Part shown: piece by piece, positions 22,649-43,152 of the stretch
Layout of the letters: each line of letters begins with the position of its first letter
Position numbering within the stretch: position 1 is the stretch's first letter
Source: the human T2T-CHM13v2.0 reference genome, Homo sapiens
DNA: 64,000 bases
Reading direction: 5' to 3' (one strand)
Assembly (NCBI RefSeq): GCF_009914755.1
Contig: NC_060932.1
Notes under the pieces: generated by a model
Databases searched by the model: none
What the model saw: the letters and a program-made list of their open reading frames with translations, nothing else
What the model was told of the DNA's origin: nothing
Program-made: the position numbers and the translations under genes

Positions 22649-25600
22649 TCCAAGGGCTTGAACATTTCTTGACTTGTTAGCAATCCAAATCGTTATGTCT
22701 CCGAAACAGAGTTGACTGAGGGGACCGCACGGCTGGGCAGGACCTTTGACTTCGTATACATCCACAGGAGAAAGAGAACCTCAGCCCCACTCTACCAACA
22801 CGCACCTAGTAAAATTCCGCCAACTGAATCTCACGCACGCTAACACGTGGGGAGCGTTGCTTGCACCGCGAGTCCCCATTTGGCTCAACCGCCGATGCCA
22901 AGTGTGTGGTTCCGGTTGCGACGGCCCCCCGTGAAGTGGCTTCCGGATGTGCGAATGAACCAGGCAGAGTTTCACTGACCAAATAGTCCCCAGCAAAGCT
23001 GTAGTTAACTCCCAGATTTGGGATGTACTTCAGAGGTAAAACATTCATCCCATCTTCTTTCCGGATGTCTGACACCGGGCCTTTCCATGGTTCTCCCACT
23101 GATCCTAAGAGTAGCTGAGGTAGAGACTCACTGAAAGATCTAGGCAGGGATATCTCATCATGCACAGACTCTCTCTATTCTCTGACCTGGGAACAACTCT
23201 GAGCAGGATTCCACATCTAGGAGGCCTCGGAACTGAGCGGTATTTTCTGAGACACACTGAATGGCTGCTCCCTTTCCGCCGCTGTTGAGGGTCGTTATCT
23301 TGATTATCCAGATCACCTAGAAAGTATCCGTATCCAGAATCAATAAGATCTACTCTCTGCTCCTCTGACAGCAGAAGCAGCAGGACCACAATGAACCAAA
23401 GAGCGTGGAAGGAAACGATGTGACCGGAAAGCTCAGAGAACGGCCACAGGGAGTCGTAAGCAGGCCTTCCAAACTGAATCATGAATAATTAATGAAGCGC
23501 AAATCAAAGGGGACTCGAGTTTCAGCAGGTGCAATTCATCCAAAGGGAGATCGCCGGAGGGCCAACAAGATTGAGAAACTGGGAGTCGGGTGCAGTGTCA
23601 AGGGGGACGCGACTGGTTCCAAAGCTCGAGAAGACCATGGGGTCACTTGGGCTACATGAGAAAATGCCCCAGTGTGCTGGTTCATCATTCCGACTCCTGC
23701 CTGTCTCTTCCCGTCCAAGGAACATGGACCCTAACTCGTGCAGTTCCAGATGACTATGGGCAGAATTAGGGGCCGTGGCCCAAAAGTTCACCGACATGGG
23801 GGTTCCACAGAAGGTGAGGTGGATCTTTGCAAATCCAGAGAAATGACAATAGGACCCAGGGAATTAGAGCCTCACGGCGTCCGGGAGACTTTTCAGGTAT
23901 AATGTCTGGTGTCGCAAGACGAGCTGAAAAGGGAGCCAGGCACTGAAAGACAAAGCGGTGTTGACTTTCTTCATCTGTGTTTCCCAAAGCAGTCCAATTC
24001 ACTTTGGTAGAATTCATGTATTTATTTTCCGTTGGCTTGTAGTTGCAAACTTTTGATGTTATTGATTTTTGGTTGGAGAGTTTCGGTTTGAAAAAGTAGA
24101 TATTCTGAATATGGAGGTTGTCCAAGATTGTATCTCAAGGTGAGTCTACTTGATTCCAGCGAACCATACTTTGACATATAATACATATGTTTTAATTATA
24201 TTTTGTCTGTTTTAAAACAGCTTAAAAAATCACTTCGTGGAAAATGTCAGTTAGATACACCAATGTTAACTTTCTCATCACATGTCCAGAGGCACTGTAA
24301 AATTCATTCTAGAATGCAAAATTCCCAGCCACTTCTACGTGGAACTTTCTGCAGAATGGGATTGTATCCAGTTTTCAGGGGGCGCAGGTGTGGTACGAGC
24401 TGGTCCTTGGTTTCCTGCTGAAGTTGGAATCCTGCAGATTGCTTAGGGGCGGTTTCCACCTGTCCCTTCTTTCCAGGTCATCACTAACCTTTCCTGATCC
24501 CCCATGGGGACTCAGAACTTATCTAGAGTCACAGGCCCACCTGGGATGCTGCCCTTGAGCCTCTGTGCTGTCCATGATGGTTCCATGCCACTGATCTGCT
24601 GGGACACATTCTGCAGAGGGATGGGCTTGCATGAGCTGTCCCTGCCTTTCTGAAAATCACAGAGATTTCTGGTGTCTGAAGCCACATAGAAATATCTGTG
24701 GAGTCTCGGGAAGGCCAGGGATGCCATTCACAGGCTGCTGTTCTTCCTCTTAATGGCAGCAAGAGTGATTTCTGAGTTTCCTAATTGACTTCGAAATAAT
24801 TTTGTTGATTTTGTTGTGACAAAGACCACTCCTCTTTCTGTGGCATCCAGTTCACCTGTAGGGTTTTTTGGGATTATGTGGAAACTCTTGCATTTTTCCA
24901 GAGCCTCAATTCATCCTGGATGTTCTCAGGAATGCACTAGCTGATCCCTGCCTTGGTGGCATCTTGAAACATTGAGGGAGGCCCCTTAGGTCCATGAGGC
25001 ACAAGGAGGTCCATCAGGAATTGAGGGGGCATGTGTCTGCCCATCTGTAGCTGGAACTTCCATTTGCCTTCAGAATGCAGGTTCTTCCTGAACTAATAAA
25101 TTATCTTCATCTTGGTGTAAGTAGCCACAATATAATAATTCATAGTAACTCTATTAATAAAAATAACTGAATATCAACAATGAAGGTAATAATGACAATG
25201 TTAATTATTATAATATTAATAGTAAAAATAAAACAAAGGCAATATAGATTACGGATTCCCCTAAGTGAAGGACAATGTCCAGATATAGGGACACATGTGT
25301 CGTTTGCACTCAGAGTCAAATGAAACGTGTTCCTCAAAGGCAAAGGACAAGCAGCATAAGGAAAACACAACGTTCATGGATGATCACATGGGCTACCTTG
25401 GAACTCATGTGGAAAGACTGCAGGCAAAGTGTATCTGGTACTGGGACTGCTCACCAGCCAGCCCCCACCCACCTTCATGAGGTAGGACAGCAGGATAATG
25501 GGGAAGGGGTCCATGCAAGGGATGCAAGGCTCGTGTCACACCTGATTCAAAGAAGCACTGCTTCTGACAGATGTTTATCTCCTAACACTGTGTCACCTCT

Positions 25601-26582
25601 AACTGCCTGGCTGCATGTCTGCCATCTGTTCTTCTTAGGTCACAGGAGGGACAGACATTACTGTCCACCTATCTGCATACAGAGCCATTGGAGGCTATTA
25701 CCCTTGTTGCTTCCTCTTTGGAAAGGGGCAACATACATGGCAGATGCCATTCTCTGTCTCTTTGGAAAACTTTGTCAGCACATTTAAGGTTTTCTTCAGC
25801 CACAGAAAGCCACCTGCTTCAAAGTCTCATCCTCCACAAGTGGCAAGCACACAATCATTAATGGAGGCAAGGGGTACATAGGCTTTGCCATTTGATTCAG
25901 TTGGGACAATAGGGGAGGACTTCTTAGCTCTACAGCTCTGTCCGTGTGGCCAGCTGACAATGTCAGGCTGCACTGCGATTAGACTTGTCCCTTTGCACAT
26001 AAGGCTTCCCTCCAATCCTTTCCACAGATGTGGATCCTCACATCACTTCCTAATATACATCCTGCACACTAAACTTCATCTATATCCAGTTCCCTGGGAA
26101 CCAAACCTGTGACAAAAGTGAAAAGTTTCTAGGGAAAATAGGGTTTCCTCATCAGACAGGAATCAAATGCTGCTGAGCTAGAAAATAAAGTAAAGTCTGA
26201 TGCCATCTCCTGATTTTTTTAATTAGGACATTAGCACTGCCAGCAAGAATTATGTGCATCAATTTGTGGGGACAAACATCATGTTGGAGTGGGATGAGGT
26301 TGCTGTGAGTTGAGGAGAAATGCTGGTGAATGGACTTTACCCTCAACTTGGATTCAGGAGAGGACATAAAAACAGCTGGAAATAAAAGGTGTCCGAAAAC
26401 ATTTTTCTGGTTTTTCAAAACTTCCAATTTCAGGTTGGGAGACACTATGTTTAAATTCTAAAGGGATGTAGCATGCTGAGAAGAAATAACTATAAACAAG
26501 GTGTCCATTTTATGAATAATACAATTTATGGTATGACAGAAGACCAAGGGACATAACACAAATTTGGAGTTAAAGAAATTAA

Positions 26583-26957
<375 letters not shown>

Positions 26958-27356
26958 CTTGTAGCAGTACTTTTGAACTTAATGGCTGAAAGTATCCACC
27001 TCCAAACTTACATATTATATCTGCAAAAGAGTACAAACCATGTGATGAATTTCAAAGGGAAGACAAGCCTGTGGGAATTCAACAGCCATGGCAATGCTTT
27101 GAACTTCTTTTTCTTAAACATGTAAGAAGTAAGTGAAGTTCAAGACCTAACAGAATTGCCAGGAATTATTTGAGGAATTACCAAGATGACCATAGACACT
27201 ATGAAATCCTTACGATGCCCTCTGCTGGAGTTTCCTCCTACAGCCAGCGATTTTAAGCCAGAAGAAAATGTCTCTGCAGGCATAAGAGTTCAACCCAAAT
27301 GTACTATTCAATTTTAAATGTGATGACAATAAAATTATGTGCTATATAGCAACAAC

Positions 27357-27556
27357 TTTTTTTTTCTTTCAGACAGAGTCTTTCTCTGTTGCCTAGGCTG
27401 GAATGCAGTGGGGCACTCTTGGCTCACTGCAATCTCTGCCTCCTGTGTTCAAGTGATTTTCCCACCTTTTTCACAATGTATCCTTATCCTCAAACTCATC
27501 CTCCTAAGTAGCTGGGATTATAGGCATGTGCCACCATGTCTGGCTGATTTTTGTAT
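27357..27556 (-). mobile_element. Truncated Alu (right arm) with a ~30-nt foreign insert
   Basis: T-tract, AGACAGAGTC...GGCTCACTGC...TAGCTGGGATTATAGGCATGTGCCACCATG...TTTTGTAT. Confidence 0.85.
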
Positions 27557-27863
27557 CAGCAAAATTATTTCTGGGGTGGAGAGTTAGGAATCTTTTTTCT
27601 CCCACACCCAAAAACATGTTGTCCAAATGATCTGTCAATAGAAATAATTGATACCTATATTTGCTAACCTACCTTTTTCTTTCTTTAAATTCAGAACTAG
27701 AGTATAGAAAAGGATATTAAGAAGGTTCTCTTAATTTTCAACACAAGTTATGGGCTAGGCACTGTGCTAGGTGCTACAGATACGCACTAATATACCCACA
27801 ATAGTTTTGCCTTATTGCCTTCTATGTTCTAATAATACACCAAAAGAAAAGTATAGATTAGCT

Positions 27864-28156
27864 TTTTATTTTTTTGAGATGGAGGTTAATTCTCTCACCC
27901 AGGATGGAATGCAGAGGTGGGATCTTGGCTCACTGCACTTTCTGCCTCCTGGGTTCAAGTGATTCTCCTGCCTCAGCCTCCTGAGTAGCTGGGATTACAG
28001 GCACGTGCCACGATACCCAGAAAATTTTTGTATTTTTCAGAAAGACAGCTTTCATCATGTTGGCCAGGCAGGTCTCAAACCCCTGGCCTCAAGTGATCCA
28101 CCCATCTTGGCCTTCCAAACTGCTGGGATTACAGGCATGAGCCATAGTGCCCAGCC
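27864..28156 (-). mobile_element. Alu (old, AluJ/Sx-like)
   Basis: TTTTTGAGATGGAG...CTCAGCCTCCTGAGTAGCTGGGATTACAGG...GCTGGGATTACAGGCATGAGCC. Confidence 0.92.
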
Positions 28157-28917
28157 ACAGAGAATAGCTTTAAATAGAATGTATGAAACCAAAAGAAACG
28201 TATGCTCATCAATTTTATACTGTATTTGGCCAGGTGCAGAAGATCGACTTGTAGTAATGTAAGGGAATAAGGTCAATTCACATCTAATTGTTTGGACAAG
28301 TCACCAGAAATCAAAAGTTGGAGGAGTTGTATCTTTTGAGGTGGGTTGCACAGGCAAGCAGCAAGTTGCTATCTCTCCAAAGTCCTAAACTGTTCTATTT
28401 GTCCTACTGTGGAAAAATGAGTCTTCAACTTGATTTCAATTTATATAGGAAAATGCTTAAAAAAACTAATAAGGGCTACATTCCAGGACACAGCCAGACC
28501 ACACATATACTGAAACTTGATTCTAGAGACACCTCCTCTTCAATGTAATTGGATTTTCAAGACAACAAAAATATAACTCTGACACAATATTGGAGAGCCA
28601 AAAGGAAAGGACAATTTGGGTTGAAATTTTTTCTTTTAAAAATGTGTCCTTGAGTTCTATTAACAATAGCTAAAGCCTAGGAACAGCTCAAATGTCTATT
28701 GAGAGGAAATTGATAAATTATATGCATATTATAGAGTAATATTTAGCAATAAAGGGGAAAAATCAACTCTATGAATCAACATCATGATCATGGATCAATA
28801 TAATCTTTCTAACCCCGATTGGGGAAAGCTAAGCTAAAAAGTGTCCTATAATATAAATAAATGTATACAAAATTCTAGAACAGACAAACCTAATATAAGC
28901 TAAAAAAGTTCAGGAAA

Positions 28918-29062
28918 GTCAGGTGCAGTGGCTCATGCCTGTTATGTCAGCACTTTGTGAGGTGGGTGGATCGCATGAACCCAGGAGTTCAAGACCAGCC
29001 TGGCCAACATGTTGAAGCTACCCCATCTTTACCAAAAATACAAAAGTTAGCCCAGTATGGTG
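28918..29062 (+). mobile_element. Alu left-arm fragment
   Basis: GGTGCAGTGGCTCATGCCTG...CCAGGAGTTCAAGACCAGCCTGGCCAACATG...AAAAATACAAAA. Confidence 0.85.
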
Positions 29063-29065
29063 TGG

Positions 29066-30420
29066 TACACAGGAACAGAAAACCAAATACTACATATTCT
29101 CATGTATAAGTGAGAGCTAAACATTGGGTTATACACTGTTTAGCTCTCACTTATATGGAAACAACAGACACTGGAGATTCTTAGAGAGAGGAGGGAGGGT
29201 TGGGTGCAAGGCCTGAAAAACTAACTATTGGGTATTATGTTCACTAAGTGTGTGATGAGATCATTCATACTGTAAACCTCAGCAGCACACAATACATCCA
29301 TGTAACAAACCTGCACATGTATCCTCTGTGTCTAAAATAAAAATTAAAAAAGTAAAAAATGAACAAAGATATATGAGCAGGCATTTCTCGAAAAAGGAGA
29401 TACAAATGGACAACATATATATAAACAATTCTTACCCTCTCTAGTCATCACGGGAATGCAAATGAAAACTACCAAGAAATATCACCTCACACCTGTTAGA
29501 ATAGCTATTATCAAAAAGATGGATGATAACAAGTGTTGGTAAGGATGTGGAGAAAAGGGAACCTTTGTATACTGGTGGTGGGAATGTAAATTAGTATGGC
29601 CACCTTGGAAAACAGTATGGACGTTTCTCAAAAAATTAACAATAAAAATACCATTTTGTTCCAGCAATCCCACTTATTTTATATATAATATATATATCTA
29701 TATATATACATATATAGATATATAGATATATATATATGAAGTCACGAAATCAGTATGTGAAAGAGTTATCTGCGCTCCTATGCTCCTTTCAGCACTGCTC
29801 ACAATAGTCAAGATCTATGAAGAAGACATACATGTTATCATTCATTCATGGACGGCTGAATTATTGTTTTATATATATATATATATATATATATGTACAA
29901 TGGAATATTATTCAGTATTATATAATAATGAAACCCTGTCATTTGTGACAACATTGATGGATCTGAAAGGCATGAAGTCATGTGAAATAAACCAAACACA
30001 GAATGACAAATACTGTATGATTCCCCTTGTATTTGAAATCTCAAAAAAACAAACTCAGAAGCAGAGGGTAGACTGACCAAGAACTGTGGTGCAGGTAAGT
30101 GTGTAGGTGTGATTACAGTACAAAGTTTTAGATATATCACATAAATAAGTTCAGGAGGTCTAATTTATAGCATAGGGCTTATAGCTATGAATACTGCATT
30201 GCATACTTAAAATATAATAGGAGGGTGAATTTTATGTTAATTATTCTTACCAATAAAAATAATAATTAGAATGGGAGGGAGAACTTTGGGAGGTGATGAA
30301 TATGTTTATAATCTTGATGGTAGTGATGCTTTCACAATGTATCCTTATTCTCAAACTCACTGAGATATACACATTAAATAGGTACAGCTTTTTGAATGTA
30401 ATCATGTCTCAACAAAGTGT
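29066..30420 (+). mobile_element. Nested old L1 3'-end fragments (L1PB/L1MA/L1MB-like) with TA microsatellites
   Basis: L1 3' hallmarks CCATGTAACAAACCTGCACATGTA, GGATGTGGAGAAAAGGGAACC, CCAGCAATCCCACTT and GACAAATACTGTATGATT. (TA)n at ~29680-29740 and ~29870-29894. Boundaries and subfamilies approximate. Confidence 0.8.
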
Positions 30421-31872
30421 TTTTAAGGGGGGTTGGTTAAAAAATTTAAAAAGGAAGGGTAGATGTTCCTTTGCCCTTCTCTCATGGATTTTTCTCCCTG
30501 CTGTCTAGAGTTCAGGAATAATAGGTGGGAATTTAGCAGCCAAACTAGGACCTTTTCTAAAGTATAGCAGAGCAGAGAGCCGGAAGGGACCTGCATCCCT
30601 AATGATATTAGAAAGTATCTGTACTAGCCCTGAATGGTATAACTACAGGTTAATTTTAAGTGAAAAAGAAATCAACTTCTGCTTTGCTTAAGCAAACTTA
30701 TTCAGGCATTAATTTTATAAACATGTAGAGAATATATACTCCTTATGAGCAGAAACAATGTTTGTGCCATATGGTACATGATGGGTGTTCAATAATGTGT
30801 GATGATGATAATAATGAACACAATAGTGATACATAAAAGAAAATAAAAAGCAGTGAAACAAAGTGGTTTAATAAAGATACATAGTTATTTTGTTGAAAGA
30901 TTCTGCTGCTAATATTATTCAATACTTTTGTATGCTGGTGCAAGTAAGGAAATTTACATTGTCTAATAAAAATTATTTATCAATTTATAAAACAGTAAAT
31001 ATTTCATAGAATGGGGCTATGAATCTGCATTGCAAACTAACACTTTCAGTTGATTTTATGCACAGTAATTATTGAGAATCCCCTTATCTAGATCCAACGG
31101 ATCTGGACCTACATAGGTGCTACCAAAACTTAAGGAAGAAAATTTTCCTGACTCTATCCATACCTCCAGTTAGTAATACATCTAGAGATTTAGAACTGAA
31201 ATCCAGACATCCTGCTTCCATGTGCAGTGACCTTTCACTGTCCTGTTTTGCTTCACTTGATGAAGAGGATTTGAGAATAAATGACCACATGATTCAACTC
31301 CTCCTCAGCTCTGAGGAATATAGCCCTGTCCTGGCAAACAAGAAGCTCCTGCAGTAGTAGAGGGGGCAAATATATGTTCACTAATCTAACATACAAGGCA
31401 GTAGGCACTGTACCATAAACAAGGCACTGTGGGGATTCAGACCAGGGGCAAAGTGGGGATTAATAGGGCAAGTAAAGTCTGGGAAGTGTTCACTAACAAA
31501 ATGTCTAATCATTAAACTAAACGGTTTCTCAACATGGCCTAATTAATTGTAACAATATAAATGGTTGTTTGTTCATAAACCTTAATCTTTTGCCAAAATA
31601 TTTGTAGCTTATGTTCCCATTTAACAAGGTTTTCTGGTCAAAACTGTGCACCCACATCATTCTAATGAACTTAGTGTCCAATAAAACATGGACTCTCAGT
31701 CGTCTCATGAAGGTCATTTTGTGTGCATAGTACATCTCTGTGAATATGCCTAATGAGGTATGGAAGGACACTTATTATCCAAACAAAGACATTCCACTGG
31801 TGCTAGAGAGCCACAGACGGAAGTTTTCTCTGCCTACTGGAAATAAAGCCAAGCTTTCTTCTTTCCTCAGCC

Positions 31873-31940
31873 ATGAGGATTGCTGTCTTCCTCTTTATCA
31901 TTCTGTCTTTTTTTTTTTTTTATGAGCCAAGCTCCACCAA
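31873..31940 (+). pseudogene. DEFB108-like signal-peptide exon, frameshifted and lacking its splice donor
   Basis: GCCATGAGGATTGCTGTCTTCCTCTTT...ATGAGCCAAGCTCCACCA reads MRIAVFLF...MSQAPP, against recalled DEFB108 MRIAVLLF...MSQVLP. A T14 run shifts the frame. The expected CAG|GTAAC reads CAA|ATAAC. Confidence 0.7.
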
Positions 31941-33557
31941 ATAACAGGATAAACTTTGTGTAAGGCTTGGTAAGAGTAGAGTGTCTGACACATTATGGTG
32001 CTATAATACTCAAAGCAAAAGCAAAATCGCCTATGACCAGAAAAGGGAGTCACATAGGAAATCTAGAAGACCTATTGGCTGAGAGACCTGCAGCCTCATA
32101 GTTCATTAGCTCTCCATAGCAACTCTCACATGAAATGAAGTCAGTGGTGTTTCAAGTGCTTGAAACCCTCTTTACTCTACTTCTAAATGTGAATTAATTA
32201 GGCAAGTTTACTAGCAGTTACTAGACCTCAAAAGCAAAATAATCAGGCATTATTCTACTAAATATTGGTCTCCATAACTCCTCTATTTTCTTTTGGAAAA
32301 GTTAGTTAGTCTAAGACATTTGGCATAAAGGCTATGCCAAAGCTTTGGTGGGGTCAGCCAGGAAGGATTCGTGGGGCCTCCTTGAAAATATTGCAATTAT
32401 CTAAGAAATTTTCAACCTATTGCCCCTCAGTACTGTTGGTCCCCTGTACTTGACTTTTCCCCTTAAGTTTGATTCCATTTCCTAACATTATCCTTCCCTC
32501 TTCCTCCTCAGCAACTAGTCTTCTAAATTAGAACTTAAACACAATGACCAGATATGACCCTGCAACAGAGCATGCCCTTCTGCATTGAGCATGCAATCAT
32601 GAATCACAGGTATAAGACCCCTTGAACAGACATGGTTTTGGTGATTCTGTGTAGGACTTATTGCTTTTACCCAAGAAGATGATCAGGCATCCTAAGTAGA
32701 TCAGAAAATTTTCTGGAGCTCTTGAACTTGTATAGGCAAGAAAGATTAAGCAACATGTTGCCTTATATGAGGCAAACTATCTTCTCATATTTTCTTTTGA
32801 ATTCAGGATTTCAAGGTTGGGGAAGGAGTGGGAAAGTAGCCATGGACGTGTAAGAATGCGGATCGTCCTTTTACATTGTCAGGGATGGTCAAATTCTATG
32901 CTTTATGTTGTTTGCTAAAAGACACTTTCCAAAGTTTTCAACAGAAAATATGATGGCACACATGCCTATTCTTGGTGAACCCAGACTTTTCTATCTAGTC
33001 TGTGATAGTAAATTTAAAAGGACTGCTTAGGGTAAATGAATCCTTCAAGTTATAAAGATGAAGGGCAGTTTTTGGACAATTCCCATTTTGCTGTAGGAAA
33101 ACTAATCTGGAAGAAGTAAAAGGGAAAGATTGAAATGGAGATAATGGAGATGGAGAATGAGTTCAGTTGATCAAATTTTTGTTAAGCGCCCACTGTATGT
33201 GGGGCCCTTACAAGGAAACAAGCAGACAAAGAAAAAAAGCATGTGATGGCCTTGCTCCTAAGAAGCCAGAGGCCAGTCACCTGGATTGCTACATACCAGG
33301 AAGACGTCAACAAGCCCCTACAATACAGCACTTGCATAGGATGAAGAAGAGGTTTCTTTGTATGAGATAAATAGCACACAACCAAAAAAAAAAAGCCAAA
33401 AGATACACAAGGTTCGAAAACCTAAGTCACCAACCCTTAAGAGATCTGATTGTTGGTGGTGACTTTGGAAGGAAAATTATTATTAGGATTATTTTAGTAC
33501 TAAGAGTTTTGAGCTGTCTATCCAAGATTGTCATCTGCACCTCTGCCTTAGGTAATA

Positions 33558-33582
33558 CTGTGTGTGTGTGTGTGTGTGTGTG
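33558..33582 (+). repeat. (TG)n microsatellite
   Basis: Direct reading of the sequence. Confidence 0.9.
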
Positions 33583-35823
33583 CATGTGCGTGCCTTTGCA
33601 TGTGTTTGAAATATATTCTGTATCCCACACTCCACATAGGTTTGGGGCTGATCTGAAACTATACTCTTAGGGATGGGGTTAAGCTACTCTGTCACATTGT
33701 GAAGAGTTGATATGTAAGAGACTCTTAACCTTTTATAAATTACCTTTAAAATGTTTCCTTTTCTGTGAAGGGAAGAATAACAATTTGTAAACAAATGCAA
33801 AAATATCTTTAACTAAACAAAAGAACAGTTTGTTAGCCTTGTTATGATTAGCAGAGAGGATAGCTGCAGACACTGTAAAATCACTCAGCAACAAGATTTG
33901 ACAAAACCTTAAATATGGGTCTATTTTTCCTGTTTTATAGAGGAAAATATTAAGGCTCTGGGAACTGAAGTGCTTTTCCCAACAGTGGAGTAAGTGTCAG
34001 AGTCAAGGCTGTGTTTTACATCCCAGCTTTCCCTATATATTCCACCCTATGGTTCTGTTGTGCTGTTCCTTTGTGTGACTCCGTAAAGCCTGCTTAAAAG
34101 TGATATCATATCAAATTGTATTAACTCAGTAGCACATAACACCAGGGAATTGATTTATAAGATTTTTATTCTTGTGGCGTTGCTGAAGACCCATCTGATT
34201 AGTAGTTATCAAGTAGTCATCCTGGCTAAATATATGGGTTTGATTTTTAATTTTGAAAATGAAAAATATTTTAAAATATATGTCTTACATCCATATCCCA
34301 GGAAATTCTAATCAAGTTTTAAAACTTTCAAATTTAGATAAACTAATGGTTTTTTGTTTTAATTTTCTCTCAATGAAAATAGAAGAAACTAATTGGATAG
34401 AACAGCACAGCAGAAGCATTACTTATAGCCATAAATGGGATAAAACAAGACTGAAGAAGAAAATGCAAGACAGTGCTTAAAAAAGCAGTCTAATGAAAAG
34501 TGAGGTCTCCTCTGGATGTCCTTAGGTAGACACTGCAGCAGAACTGTAAAGTTTTTCTGGAAGTCTGGGGAAGAGAGGAGGAAACAGAGAAGGGGCAAGA
34601 GGAGAAAATAGAATGAGGCTCAGAATACCAAGCCTTAGTGCTGTCCCTATCGCCTTCCTCGCTAGATCACTGGGTGATCCTGGGCAAGTTTCTTCCTTTC
34701 CCTCAGCTTATTTCCTCATCTGTAATATAAGTGACTAGACAAGATAGCCTATGATGTTCATTGTAACTCTAACTTTTCCTTCCCAAAGCAAATAGCTGGA
34801 AAAGACACTGTGCTTACAATATGCAACAAATAAAAACAAAAGATTTTTAAAAACCCCTAGTGTAACTTGAATTCTTACAAATAAGCAATGGTACATCATA
34901 ATTTTACAAAGCTCTTTTGTGATTTCATTTTTAAAATCAAGTCAAGTTTTATTTTACTTCATAATAAGATAATGGAGATAAGTGTTAAATGGGTTCATGA
35001 AGGAATGTTTGTAAAAGATGCAATAATCCAAAATTGGTAATTGTTATATTAGTAGTTCCCTTTACTTGGGTGGGGGGGGGGGAACAGATAGAAGAGTGTT
35101 AGGAAAAGCTTCATAAAGTGGATTATATAGAATGTGCTTTAAAAGAGTTTGGTGTTTTACTGAGTGGGGAAAGAGCAATATGGGGAGTTATTGTTCAAGG
35201 GTTAAAGCTATAAAAAATGAATCAATTACAGAGATAGGCTCCAAACCATAGTACTTATAGTTAACAATAAGGTATTTTGTATTTAACAATTTGTTAAGAG
35301 GGTCGATCTTAGGGGTTCTGACAACAACAACAACCACAACAAAGGGACGTAGGAAACATTTGGAGGTGATGGATATATTATTACCTGGATATTGGTGTGG
35401 TAACAAGATAATACTTATGTGCAAACTTGCCAAACTATATCCATTAATTATGTACTTTTTGTGTATAACAATTTTACTTCAGTTCCTACTATATTGCCTG
35501 GCAAACAATAGATGTATAAAGTGAGATCAATGATTATTGCATATGCATGTCAAAAATAATAAAGAAAGCAGGTGACAATAAAGACATCCTGAATCTTTGG
35601 GAAATAAATAGCATTCACCTGCTTTCTCATCCATTGAGATATCACCACCTTTATGTACTTATGTGTCCCTGGAAGTTTCCCGTGGGAGATTTAGTTATTC
35701 TCTTTTCGTTAGGCTCTACTGACCAAGAACAAATCACAGACTCAGAGAGCATCATAAAAAGGCCTAGACCCACGATGCCCAGAGACTCCAGGCTCAACCC
35801 ACATTGATGCTGGCCCTTCAGCC

Positions 35824-42930
<7,107 letters not shown>

Positions 42931-43152
42931 AACTGAAACAAAATAAAAATACATCAAAAGTGAAGTTATTTGCATCTAAGAATATTAAAATATACATATT
43001 AAGTACTTCCATCTTGATAACCGTCTTGCATTTTCACTTATCAACATAAATGAATAAATACTAATTTCAAATACACCCAAGTACTATTTCTTTGTGAATC
43101 ATTAACATATCTTAACAAAACTTTTAAAAATGAGAAAACTGTTACTTTTGTT

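Larger units (their letters stand above)
1..24002 (+). repeat. FAM90A tandem array (distal end): full unit ~7646 bp, one 5810-bp short unit, terminal diverged partial unit
   Basis: Position 1 recurs at 13457 (offset 13456 = 5810 + 7646). The FAM90A CDS recurs at offsets 5810 and 13432. Homology to the unit stops after AATTCAC at ~24002. Confidence 0.97.

Noticed and set aside
24200-25100. Possible decayed coding sequence or a second PRR23D-like relic next to the inverted paralogy arm
   Set aside because: The frames I translated gave no recognisable protein similarity.
32000-35700. Second exon for the DEFB108-like relic
   Set aside because: No six-cysteine pattern or recognisable DEFB108 exon 2 sequence was found by eye.
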